Shown here piece by piece: positions 39,236-50,893 of a stretch of 64,000 bases of DNA. A program made the translations under genes and the position numbers. Source of the DNA: Podospora anserina (Eukaryota); contig CM030332.1 of the NCBI GenBank assembly GCA_017654855.1, forward strand, positions 2,914,001 to 2,978,000, in the 5' to 3' direction. The notes under the pieces were generated by a model, which saw only the letters and a program-made list of their open reading frames with translations, made no database searches and was not told the origin of the DNA. How positions within the stretch are numbered: the stretch's first letter is position 1; each line of letters begins with the position of its first letter.

Positions 39236-39403
39236 ATGGTGCAAGGAGGTTGTGTAGGACGTTGTTGTTTAGATTCTGTATAACAGACCATTGTTGACCG
39301 TACCTGGCCTCGATGACATTCCCCGCGGTTTGATGCTCCGAGGTGATTGATTTATTTGGCCATAACAGTCATCAACTTACATCTTAAAAAGGAATAGCCG
39401 TCC

Positions 39404-39529
39404 TAACTATCCTTTCAGGCCTGTTAACTATTAGTTAAGGTCTTTCAAATATCCCTTACAACCTACTGACTATCTTTGAAGGCCTGCTGACCATCTCTCA
39501 AGACCTATTAACTGTCTTTCAAGGCCGTC
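39404..39529 (+). repeat. Degenerate 21-bp tandem minisatellite, 6 units (consensus approx. TAACTATCTTTCAAGGCCTWT)
   Basis: Units in exact 21-bp phase: taactatcctttcaggcctgt, taactattagttaaggtcttt, caaatatcccttacaacctac, tgactatctttgaaggcctgc, tgaccatctctcaagacctat, taactgtctttcaaggccgtc. Confidence 0.85.
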
Positions 39530-40035
39530 GTTGAAGGGGCAATGTCGCTTTTGATCAAAGGAGCAATCCGGATGTGTTCGTCACGGAAGTAATGGTTGAG
39601 GAGAAGGGAGCGTGTTTCTGGCTTTGGAGGATCGGGCTTGGGACCGTGACTGGTCCATTTGTTGAGCCTTTGGAAGCCCTGTTAAGGACATCACAGGTCT
39701 CTGAAACTCCCACCTTCCACCAGCTAAGGTAGGTTAAACTTTTTAAGCCATCAATCCATTTCCTCGGTGCAATTTCCTCGTGTTCTTCTGGTTCTTTCCA
39801 TTCCCCTGGGTATGGAAGTTGAAAACGGAGGGAATCTCAGCTGTGGCTTCCCATGACTACAAACTGAGACCAGTCCATCAACCGTTTCAGCGTACGACGA
39901 CGTCGTTTCCAGCTCAACGATCGACCTATTCTTCATCAATTCCCAAAACGCCATGTTGCACCTAGTTTGAGTTGCCTCTTACTTCCTCTTCAACTTGCTT
40001 CCCCTAGACAGCCAGTGAATCTAACTTTCACATAG

Positions 40036-41482
40036 TATCCTCGCGCTCTTCGGTGAGAAAGTCACCATGCAATTCATGAGCCAGGCTACCGGCTGGGCCG
40101 ATAGCATCATCTTGGCAATGGCCCCATTGGGCATTATTACCATCATCGTGGCAGCTATTCGTGTTGGTGGCCCCTTCTGGCTCGGATCAGTAATCGGAAG
40201 AGCTCGGGAGAACCGCGCGGTGCCAGAGGCCGAGTTGATGTCGTCAACCTCTTATGAGGTACGTGAGCTCTGGAATGGCCAAGAGATTGTCCGGGTTATG
40301 GGTCAGGGGCCCATTCGAGAGTTTATTATTCTCATACCTGAGGATAAAACCAAGGATGAAAAAGAAACGGAAGAGGGGCGGGAAGGCCATATGCTCGAAG
40401 TGAGGGCAATGGAACTGAAAGACCCCCCACAAAATGAACAAGGAGTACTTGGGGCCATGTGGTACGTGTATCTGTCGCCACAATGGGTACTATTTTTTCA
40501 AAGTAGTGTGCTCGCCTGGGCTGGGGTAGCTACCTACTACTTTCAATATCCGAAGGACGACAAGGAAGGAGAACCCGTCGCATGGGTTCGTCGAAATTTC
40601 AACAAGAATCCCGAAGCAGTTCCTCTTACGGCCGGATTCGAATTGGACTGGCTTGTAATGACTCTCGAAAAGCACAGGACTGCCCTTTGGTTCTTGTCAA
40701 AGTCCGATGAAGACTGTGGCCAGTTGGATGAGTCTTCGAGACCATGGGCAAAGGGTGATGATTCTTGGGACTGGAGAGTCGCGGCCGTCCAGAACCCCAA
40801 CAACGTGAAAATGGATCCTGATGAGCACAAGTCCGAGTCGAGGCCTCAAAGACTTATGCGCATTCGGAGAGAGCTTGGTAAACTTGCTGGTTGGGCTGGG
40901 GTTGCGTCAGCGGAAGCAATTTCACTCACGCGAGCCATCGAATTTACAATGGACACCCTTTTCAGTCATGGGCCCATAGATTCAGGAGACATGTGGTGGT
41001 CACTTACTGTCAGCGGTGAGCCTGTTTACTTTCGTCGTTCATGGAAAGCCGGACACTGGACGGCATACTCGGATGAGCTGGACTCGGTTCTCCCTCTGTG
41101 GATGTATTCTGCCCACGAGAAAGAGCAACGCAAACATACGAAAGAAGGTGACAATACAAAAGGGGATGACAAAAGCAAGACCTCGGACCAGTGGTTGAGC
41201 GATAAAGGCACCTCGAAAAAGCCGAGCCTGCAGATCTTAGCCATCCGCCGACCAAGAAACACACAACGATATGTCAGCCTCACCTCACCAACTTACAACT
41301 TTTCATCGCCTTCCTTGTCTTCCCCAGGAACTGCGTCAGATGGTATGGAAGATGGCCATCCGGCCAAAGGTCCCGGCCGCGCATCGATTTCCTATCTACG
41401 ACGTGGGGGCCGTCCCCGAGACGCTTCACAGAACCTGCGACTTGATATACCACGACCCACGTGTCACCACCCGCGAGACTAA
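40036..41482 (+). pseudogene. Truncated relic of a large fungal ankyrin-repeat-associated membrane protein (N-terminal region only)
   Basis: ILALFGEKVTMQFMSQATGWADSIILAMAPLGIITIIVAAIRVGGP..IGRAREN..EAELMSSTS.EV.ELWNGQ matches, from memory, the N-terminus of such proteins. It follows an orphan acceptor (ctaactttcacatag) with no recognisable upstream exon, has no ankyrin repeats, and its 3' end runs out of frame into the next gene. Confidence 0.6.
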
Positions 41483-42488
41483 TAGAGAGCAACTATACAA
41501 GATTTGCGCTCCCCAAGACATCACTGGAACAGATTCTCAGGCAAAAACCTACTCGTGGGATGGAAACAATAGCTCGGCATACATCTAGGACGCCGGTTTA
41601 TGGGAGGCATGTGCCGAGTCGAAGCGTGTTGCGCTGTAGGAGTGGAGAACTCGAGTCGAAACCGATATGTTGGAGGATATACGGCTACAAGAAAATGACG
41701 GCTATGACCTAGAGAGTGCCTCTGAGCTGGTAAAGGAAGTGTACGTGAGTCATTATGTTTACACATCAGCGTCACCAATCACCCACTACCAACGAAATCT
41801 CCCCAGCTCGGCCGTAACGGAGACGGCCCCCCTTTTAGTCATTGCGCTAAGGGATCTGTTTTGGCTCGATGTCCAGTCGACGGCTCTTCTTTTCGACGAT
41901 TTTTGGCTTGGGGACTCGGAGGGGATCGAGTTCATGGAACGTCTAGTATGCCCTTCTAGCTTTTTCCCACAAGTGTACGGAGGATATGGGCTGTGGCCGA
42001 GCAACATCACGATCGAGGTTGATCCGGCCTGGAATGACATATGCGTGCAGGGCGACCAGTTTCCAATCCTTGACGCCATGGTTGGTAAACCAGCGGATGG
42101 GTCGCCCCGAGATTTTCTGTTCCGGGCCATCGACTATTGCCACAAGTTGGTCGTCGACAAGTATATCACCAACGGCAACGATGAAACGGACGAACACCCG
42201 TCTATCTGGCTCATTGACAGTGGGCGTGGTGGTGCCCAGTATCGCCGCCGAGGTGGCCGAAACTCACCTTCATGGCCGGATTGCACATACGAAACTGGCG
42301 GCTGGGCGAAGGGTGCTGTCTTTTATGACTGCGAGCATACCTACATGGAGGCAGACAGCTACGGTCCACTCATCGGGGAAATTTTGTTCACGAGGATCTC
42401 AGAAAGAGACAGCTGGGTTAACGGTGGACCCGAGGATGTGATATTCGAGGTGTCGCGGTGCGTCGCTGTGCTTGTGGTGACGCCTTGA
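41271..42488 (+). pseudogene. 2EXR-domain protein gene with two in-frame TAG codons (41586-41588, 41637-41639); pseudogene or A-to-I-corrected gene
   Basis: MSASPHQLTTFHRLPCLPQELRQMVWKMAIRP is 2EXR/F-box-like. ORFs 41271-41588 and 41667-42488 share one frame: ...NSSAYI*DAGLWEACAESKRVAL*EWRTRVETDMLED... Confidence 0.72.
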
Positions 42489-45400
42489 GAAGTGTTTTCT
42501 CCAAGATTGTGTGTGGGTACTGGGTCAACAAACCAAGATAGCAGAATTGTTGTATTTTTGAATATATGCATAACTTTGTTGCTCGTTCCTTGTCCCGCTA
42601 CGCACACCAGTTGGTGCGAGCATGGTCTTATTGGAACATGATACACCTGAGTGAACAGCTTCTGGGTCTGGCTATTGTTGGCCTTCAAAACATACGCTCG
42701 TCATGGAACTTGAATCTGCACACCTTTCTCTTGATTACCAACTTCCCCCCAGAACTCTACAGTCCCCGCAACACTCACCGTCGCGTATCTCTGATGTCAC
42801 CGGTTCCCGAGCTGACCGAGCTGGATTTTTCGTGTCATTGTTCTGTTTAATTGTTACAATTGCCACGATCAAGAGGCTGAAAGAGAGACATATCAGAAAA
42901 AAAAAGGGAGGAGGCAAGAGATGAGGGGGGGAGATGGCGACCGGTCGCGTGGGACAGACAGGTGGGCTTGACTCGAGAAGCAAGGTGAACACGGATGTGG
43001 CGTGAAACTTCCACTCTGGAGAAACGGGTTGTGTCCGTGTTGCTGTTAGTGGGTTCGGAGTTGGGCTATACGAAGGGGGAATATGGTGAAGGTAGTCAAC
43101 CAAGTTGTAGTTGGCATATGCTTGACTTGATGTTTCGAGGCATATATCAAAAAAGAGACGGGCGTACCTCATTGGTCAATACCCCCATTGCCCAGATGAT
43201 TCACGACGAACGGTTCTTCTCAAAAGCCACCAAATGACTTGCCGCATTTCCCAAGTCTCGATTCGCACTTATGCATGCAGGTCGCAGGTCACGGAATCGC
43301 TGTCGGTCGCTTTTTGGGCGGCCGGCCGGTGTACCTGCTGTGAACTGCTGCGGTGCGAGGTTGATGTGTAACTGGTGATCGTGGAGAATCCCTGTTCAGA
43401 TAATACTCTTCTTTCTGTTTTTTATGTACAAGATCCAAGGAACTGGAAGGGAGGTTCCTGTTTCCAGGTTAGGTGAGGTCTCCGTGAACTCAACTCTTGA
43501 GACGTCAGGGTGGGATGGATATATGATTGGTTGGTCAGGGGTGTCTCGTCCTTATTAGGTAATTTTTGGTGTGGACCACACGCAATTCGAGGTTTTCCTC
43601 TTTGCCCACCCTCTGTGCCATCTGATTATTAGTTCGACTGCAGGAGCCGGGCTCAGCAGTTTTTCTTGTGTTTGGGATGCCACCGTCTTTCGGAAGACGC
43701 AAGAATAATCAACAATAATACTGCGTAGCTAACACCACATTGGCATATGCAGCGAGAGATGCAGAGGGCCAGACTCTCAAGAATTTCAATGGAATAAATC
43801 ATTGGACGCTAGCTCGGATCAAGACCCACGGAACGAGCCCCGGGCGGACCCAGACCATCTCGGCAAGCCGTGGAAGTCCTGTTCGAAAAAGCTTGTCAAA
43901 GTGATCGATGGATCTACAATTTGTTTTCCACGGCCCCTGGAGGAGGCCTTGTCATGGAAGGAATTGTTGAGCTTCTAGTGAGAGAAGAGATGATAAGGTA
44001 GAGATGGATTCAGAGTTTGAATCTGCGATCCCGACATGTTTTGTGGCACGAGAGCAGGCGCAGACCCTGCTTGTGCCTTCGTGGTGCATTGCATGCAAAG
44101 GGTCCAGATCCTGCGGCACCGACCGTCGCGGCCCCAAACGGATCCAATGCAATTCGTCTCAAATGGCAATCCGGGGGGCCGTTCAGATGAACATGAAATT
44201 CGGTGCAATATCCGCGGAGGGGCCTCTGGGTCTCGGGGTATTCTTAGAGTCTGGAAAGTAGCACCGCGTTACGTCTTGCCTTCAACACAGATCCATAGAT
44301 GACCCGTTGACGTCGTTGCAACTGATGGCCAACTGCATATTCAGGTTCGGCACTCACGTCGAGGCGGAGTCTTTGTGTGACGCCTCCATGGCGCAACCTC
44401 TACGGACAGACCGGTGAGGGGCTTTGTAGTTGGAAGGGGCATGCATTGTGGTCTCTTGAGGACAAATATTAGTTCTAGGAAAGGGGAAAAGCGCAGTCTG
44501 CACCCCATGGTTTTTGCTCTCTCTTGGGCCACCTAGGGAGTGCCCTGGGCGCTATCGCACCGCAGCACCGTTACGCTGTTGCCGTCTGAGCCCAGGGACA
44601 CCCGCACACCGTCTAGCTGCTTCAGTGCTAGCCCAGCCATAATTGGAACCATTTGCACACGCTTTTCCCAAAATGGCATGGGGGCCAGAAGCAAATTCAT
44701 GTGGGCGCTGGCTTCGCAGGTTGGCTTTCCGTTAGGGACCCGCTTCCCCGTTCATTCCCCTGGCCATCCCCCTTCCTCGGCCTGGCCTGCGAACGCAACG
44801 TGACGCTTCTTTCTGTTCTCACAATCATCCTCCTCCAACTTGTGGTGTTGTGAGACCCCAGGACGAACGATCTGACCTATCTATTTGCCGCCTACCTACC
44901 TTACCTACTCTCGTTTCCAATTCTCACGCTCGTTCTACCCCGTCCGTTCGTTGCCGCCATTCGTGACTTGCCCGTTGCTTTTTCTCCTTTTCTACCACCT
45001 TACTACCTTACTTACCACAACCTGTGTGGCTCTTTTATCGGCTGCTCACCCGCCCGCAGTTCCTGTCTCTGAATGCGCCGCCCATCCCCGCGACGATACC
45101 GGCTTGGACCTTGAAACGACAGCCCTCACCCGCCGCACCCCTCAAAAATCTTGATGTTGTTTCGAGAGAGGCATCAGCACCTCGAGTTACCACTGGCTCA
45201 CCCGCATCTTTACATTTGACGCTGCCTCTTTTTACGCGAGCCGACAATCTTCCCGATCGCGGTTCACCCTTCTCCAAGCCACCAAATACTCGCGCATCTT
45301 TTAGGTCGATCCCGCATGGTTCGAGTCGCACGCCACACTTCGTTTGCCGGTTGGGTGGTCTGAGTCGGCCAGAGTTGACCTCATATTTTATGCGCCTTTA

Positions 45401-45608
45401 GCTCGACGTTTCGGTATTCCGTCGACGCTGTTGCCCCTGACGTCTTGCCCAGGACCGATCTTCAAACCCCAGGTATCAGCGGAGGGTTGCGGTTGAGGAG
45501 GAACCCCCTCACTGGACCGCCACGCATCGACCCAGCAGATATTTCGAAGCAAACACTACAACAACGTATGAATCATCGTAGGAAATATTTTGCATCGCGA
45601 ACGGCACC

Positions 45609-47861
45609 ATGGCGAACCGACCTGACTTTATCGACGTGAGGTCGAAATCCTCCGCTTCCGTTGGACGCCCGCTACGATCCCCTCGTCTCCATGTTGCGGG
45701 CGAAGCACCGCCGGAACTATCACCTCTCGATGCCTTCGCGCTACAAAGCCGTCTGCTGGCAAAGCAGCTGCAGGAAAGTCAAAAGTCTGGGCGACGCATG
45801 AGTCGACTGCCACCGTTGACTACTGAAAGCCCGTTGATCATGCAGGGAAGGTCGGAGTATTTTCGATCCATGTCCCACGATTCTGCTTCCGAGGAAGAAT
45901 TCGCTGCGCAGCACAGCGCAGGCTCTGGATTTAGACCAGAGGTGGAAACTGATATCAACAACCGGCCTGTATCAGTGCATCCCCGAATGAGCCATATACC
46001 ACCTACGCCTGAGCAGAATGTCCCGGTACCAAAACTGCCGCCGACCTTTGACTCACAGAAGGAGGCAGATCAGGAGCAGGAACAGGACCGCGAGAGCTTG
46101 TTCGGGGTCGGAGCTCGAAGGGAACATTCACCAGGCCCAATGGATACTGCTGCTCCCCCTGCCCAACTGACGAGGACGGTAACGCAGGAGAGTATACCTC
46201 TCCCAGCATCGACACCTACTCGCTCGATTACTAGCTCCCCCGAAAGAATATCCAAGACAACCTCCCATGAAGCCGGGGGACTTGTTCCTCCTCGGCCTCT
46301 ATTCACTAAGCGCTCTTCGAGTTTGATGTCCTCTCATGACAGTTCGGCCGACGATGAAGGATTCAGCACCCCGATGAGCACATCATTTCACTCTCAGGGG
46401 TCTCGCAAGTTTTCTACCAGCAGCGGTGTTTTGTCGCCTGGGTTTGCCCCATACCAGCGATCACCTTCCATCAGCTCGGATATTTCTGCTTTGCCGCGCC
46501 CGTCGTTCAATTTCTCTAGACCACTCAGCAGAGCTGGGACACCAAGTCTGGATCCACCAGCACGGCAAGCATCATCTGATAGTCATGCTTCGTTCATGCT
46601 CACGACCGATGATGCAGCCCATACGCCCATCAGTATGAGCAGCGAGGCACTCACCGAGTCTACGCCCAAAGAAGACGTATTTGTGCTGCCGCGGGGTAAG
46701 GCTTTGCAAAGGAACTCGGTTGTCCTGCCGGACATGAAGGCCCCGGCGAGATTTTCATGGGAACATCCTGTCGAAAACCATGGACAACCACCACCATCCC
46801 CACCTAGCAGGCCGGCAAGCAGGCCAACAAGTTCAACCGGGCCACCGAATCCTCCTGAAGCCAACACTCGGCCGTCACACGAGCGTAGTAAGCTCAGCAC
46901 TGAGATTTTTAGATCGGGACCAGAGCCATTCCCACCTCTGGGCAGACCATCGACAGAGAGTGCCCGTGTGTCTGGAGAGTCGCAACGAGGCCGTGCTCCC
47001 TTTGCCCATCTACACGATGCTGCTGCGGGGAGATCGATAATGTCGAACAACACAAGCGATTCGGCAAGCACAATCAAGCCTGGACCTGCCACACCGGCTA
47101 ACCCACCAACGATGGCCGATCTCACTGCGGAAGAACACGTTAACAAGGCCATTGCTCTTCACCAGGAAGGTTCGCTGCCAGAGTCAGCGTGGCATTTACG
47201 GCACGCAGCCAAGCAGGGTCACCCTACTGGCATGCTGCTATATGCTTTGGCTTGTCGTCACGGCTGGGGCATGCGACCGAACCCTCGTGAGGGAGTGGAG
47301 TGGCTTCGGAAAGCCATGGATTCGGCGAATCTGGAAATCAAGGAGGACGAGGAGCATGCCAAGGAGGGCAAGCATGTGGATGTGAACGAGCGGAAGACAC
47401 ACCGTGCTCAGTTGGCGCTCAGTATATATGAACTGGGTGTCAGTCATATGAACGGGTGGGGGATTGAGCAGGATAAGGTGTTGGCGTTGAAGTGTTTTGA
47501 AACTGCTGGAGGTATGATTCTTCCTTACTACAATGATTCGGTATTCGGTGCTGACAGATATCCGTGTAGCTTGGGGAGATGTCGATGCGCTTGCGGAGGC
47601 CGGGTTCTGCTATGCTCAAGGCATTGGCTGCAAGAAGAACCTGAAAAAGAGCGCCAAACTCTATCGGGAGGCCGAGTCGAAGGGAATGAGCATGGTGGGC
47701 AATAGCTGGTATGTTTCTGTCATGTATTCTCTGGCAAGAAAATCTTTTAACATTGGCACAGGATTCACAAGCCAAAATATGCCGACGACCCTGAAAAGGA
47801 CAAGAAGGACCGGGCAAAGTCGAAATCTAGAAAGAGCATCTTTAGCAGAAAGACGCATTGA
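45609..47861 (+). CDS. SEL1-like repeat protein, DSF2/Nif1 (mitosis inhibitor)-like; introns approx. 47512-47569 and 47709-47761
   Basis: Ser/Pro-rich N-terminus, then HPTGMLLYALACRHGWGM...ALSIYELGVSHMNGWG...WGDVDALAEAGFCYAQGIGCKKNLKKSAKLYREAESKG..GNSWIHKPKY. Confidence 0.85.
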
Positions 47862-48533
47862 TCTCTTTGCTCGCCATGCCATGCCAACAAACATTACTCT
47901 TCAAACCAGCATAACCCGCCGACCAACGACAACTCCCCTACCTATAAAGGACGGCATCTTTGTCTCAACACTTTGCATTTTTCTTGGGGGTTTTTTTTTT
48001 CTTTGTTAGACAGTTTTTTTTCAGTCATCATCTATCGTCATCATCATCACTCATACCCCCATCAGCCTTTTTTGTTACTTTTTTGCTTTTTGTGGAGTTT
48101 TTTTTTTCTTTTTTGTGTGTTTTGTTATAGGGGAAACTTGCAACATATTGTGGGCGTTGCATTTTTTCCTTTTACAAATTCGTTGCGGTGGGCAGGTGCA
48201 AAAAGAGCAAGGTGTGATGGGTAAGGGGGGCTTTTCTAGGGATTCGTTTTCTTTTCAATTTTCTTCCTGTTGATCTCCAAAAGTCGGATATTGAGAGGAT
48301 CTTCTTTTGTACTTTTTTTTTGTGTTTGTTTGGTTTCTTCTTTTCAAGGTTATCTATTTTGGTTTGGTATTATGCTTGGGGTTTTTTCTTCTTTTTTTGG
48401 TGGGCAGAGAAAGAGGGGGGACTGGATTTAGCGAGGAGTGAAGAGTAGGAGGGCAAAGATGGGAGGAGGGGGGGGGAGGGCCGGTGGGAAGTTTTTAAAA
48501 ATCTAATCGTAGTTTTTCTCGATGGTTGGTTTG

Positions 48534-48534
48534 G

Positions 48535-48583
<49 letters not shown>

Positions 48584-48644
48584 CGTTGTTGTTGTTGTTG
48601 TCGTTGTTGTGTAGATATATTTGCTGCTGCTGTTGTTGTTGTTG
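48534..48644 (+). repeat. (GTT)n microsatellite
   Basis: About 25 near-perfect GTT units with GTC interruptions, plus a short GCT/GTT run. Confidence 0.95.
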
Positions 48645-48905
48645 ATCAGCAAGAAAGCTTTTTGTAGATATCTGCGAGCTATGTATGTTACCTATTTAGT
48701 TGAAGGTGGTGTTAGGTAAGATACTTATCCAGAGGTGGGGTGGAAGCGAGGGAGGTGGGAGATGAGACGGACCTCGTAAAGACCCTGGGGGTTTGACAGG
48801 ATCGAAGATTTCTGGAAGATCTTGACTTTCTGGTGATTCATGTGTGGATTTGAGTATGATATCCACCTCAGTATCAAGAGCTTGAAATATGATTAGCACG
48901 CCTTT

Positions 48906-48989
48906 GAACTGTCTTTCAAGGCCTTTTCACTATGTTAAGAGGCCTTTTAACAATCTATCAAGACCTATCAACTATTTATTAAGGCCTAT
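48906..48989 (+). repeat. Second copy of the 21-bp minisatellite, 4 units plus a degenerate fifth
   Basis: gaactgtctttcaaggccttt, tcactatgttaagaggccttt, taacaatctatcaagacctat, caactatttattaaggcctat; shares aactgtctttcaaggcc and tcaagacctat with the 39.4 kb array. Confidence 0.82.
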
Positions 48990-49159
48990 CGATTTCATTA
49001 TCTTTCAGGGCACGGTTTGACCGACAATATCGATATAGCACACCAAATACGTCCGAAATTAATGATTCGACTTGAGCTCTATTAGTTCTTTGCCCACGCC
49101 TGCTCTCAATTTCATCACATCAATACTAATATCACATGACCCACGCCTCATCCCAGCAC

Positions 49160-50048
49160 CTATGTGTCAACCTCCATCTTATCGCCAGCCTCCGCCTCCG
49201 TCAAGTCCGTGATACTGACAAAGTTCCCAATATCCTGCTTCCTGATCGTGATCTTCTCGTTCAGCACCGCCGTGGTACCCGTTGGGAACACATAGCTCTT
49301 GAGCTTCTGCGTCCTCTCGTTTGGCTTGATGTAGTTCCTCTTGAGAATTGTCTTCTCCGGCGTGATGATTGCCACATCCACGTTGCTACCAGAACCCAAA
49401 TCGTTCCAGATACCAGCCTCGATAGCATCCGCGCAGAGCTTCACAGCCTCGTCCTGGGTCAGCTTGGCCTTCCACTGCGTCTCAAAGACGGACATGGCGG
49501 CGAGGGAGCCGGAACCCATGGTCACGTAGGGCAGCTTGTCGGTGGAGCCGTGGGCGTGGACGGTGAAGAGGTGGGTGCCAGTGGGGTCGACGCCGGCGAC
49601 GACGAGGTAGGCGCCGATGTGCCCTTGGTAGCGGAAGAGGTGCTGCTTGAGCATGGTCATGACGGTTACCACGCGGGGCTTGCGGCCGGTGGAGAGGGAA
49701 TGGAGCTCGAGCTGGGAGGAGATGAGGGCGGTGGTGAACTCGGTGTCGGCGGCGGTACCGGCACCGGCGCACCAGATGTTGGGGGAGATGTAATGGAGCT
49801 TTTCGCAGTTCTTGTCGGCGACAATGGGGCCTGAGGTGGCACGGGTATCGGCGGCGATCTGGAGCGGAGAGGGTTAGATATTATGGGATGGGGGTTAAAT
49901 TCGAGGGGGGGGGGCAGCATACCACTACACCACCATCATATATACATCCCACAATGGTGGTACCTGTGCTGGTCGCCTTGGGGAGGGGCACGCCGCGGGC
50001 GTGGAGAGCCGCATTGCGGTTGTAATTTGAGAAATCAAAACCAGGCAT
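49160..50048 (-). CDS. PUP1: 20S proteasome subunit beta-2 (intron approx. 49922-49859)
   Basis: [34 protein letters not shown]...|[24 protein letters not shown]...[10 protein letters not shown]...[10 protein letters not shown]: propeptide plus catalytic Thr. Confidence 0.96.
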
Positions 50049-50893
50049 GGTGTGTGGTTGGTTTGTGGTTGAATATCGTCGGTTCTAAGTGTCCAAGCTC
50101 GGCTGTGGGGGTATGTTCGTGGGAAGGGGGCTCTTGATCGAGGCCGTTGAAGGGCTGATGACAAAGATGGGATCGTAACGCCTTGGCTGGCAGCCGCAAC
50201 TCTTGAATGCGGGATTGTGGAGCGAGGATGCTACGGGTGACTTGATATGGTCAGACGTCTGGGCCTGTAGCTGTCTCAGTCGTGGATGATGGTGTCTTGA
50301 AGCTGTAGAAGGTTGCTACCGCAGCTTTCCCGAGCAGGATGTTGGCGGGCGTTCAGGCGGGCGATACAGTGGTCGTCAAGCTTGGACTGACGCGCGCTAC
50401 AGGGTGCTGCCTGACTCCACAGCGGGACCTGGAGGCTGGCCCAAGCTCTCCCCACACGTGACAAGCGCTAACCAAGAGGGGGAAGGCACTCTTGAGTGAC
50501 AGGGATGTGCTCTCGGGTTGGCATGGCAGGCAGAAAAATCGTGGGTCAATCGCTCATTGGCGCGTCGTTCACCATTTCTTTGAGCTGGTGTTGACTTTCA
50601 ACTTGCACAAAGAAACTGCAGTCCCAACCCCCTCCTGGCAACATTGTTACTGCCAACCAACAACTATTCCCGATCGAAACGACACCCATAATTAGGGGGA
50701 CACGCGCAAACTATTGCTATTTCAATACTTCCAATCCCTTTTGCTCGACGACTTCTCGGACTCGCTGCCCGATCGCGATACCGCTTTGGCTGGATTCGCT
50801 CTCGAGCCCCGGGACACCTTGCCCGCTGATGAATCACGCTAGACTCTGAGCTCAGGTCCGCTGTCTAAGGCCGGCCGCATCGCAGCTACAGCT

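Noticed and set aside
38417-39291. Long antisense Pro/Leu/Ser-rich ORFs (also at 15940-16905, 9597-10553, 52347-53333)
   Set aside because: Mirror frames of G-rich or low-complexity coding sequence.
39404-39529. CRISPR-like reading of the 21-bp array
   Set aside because: Eukaryotic context, units are contiguous without unique spacers, and there are no cas genes.
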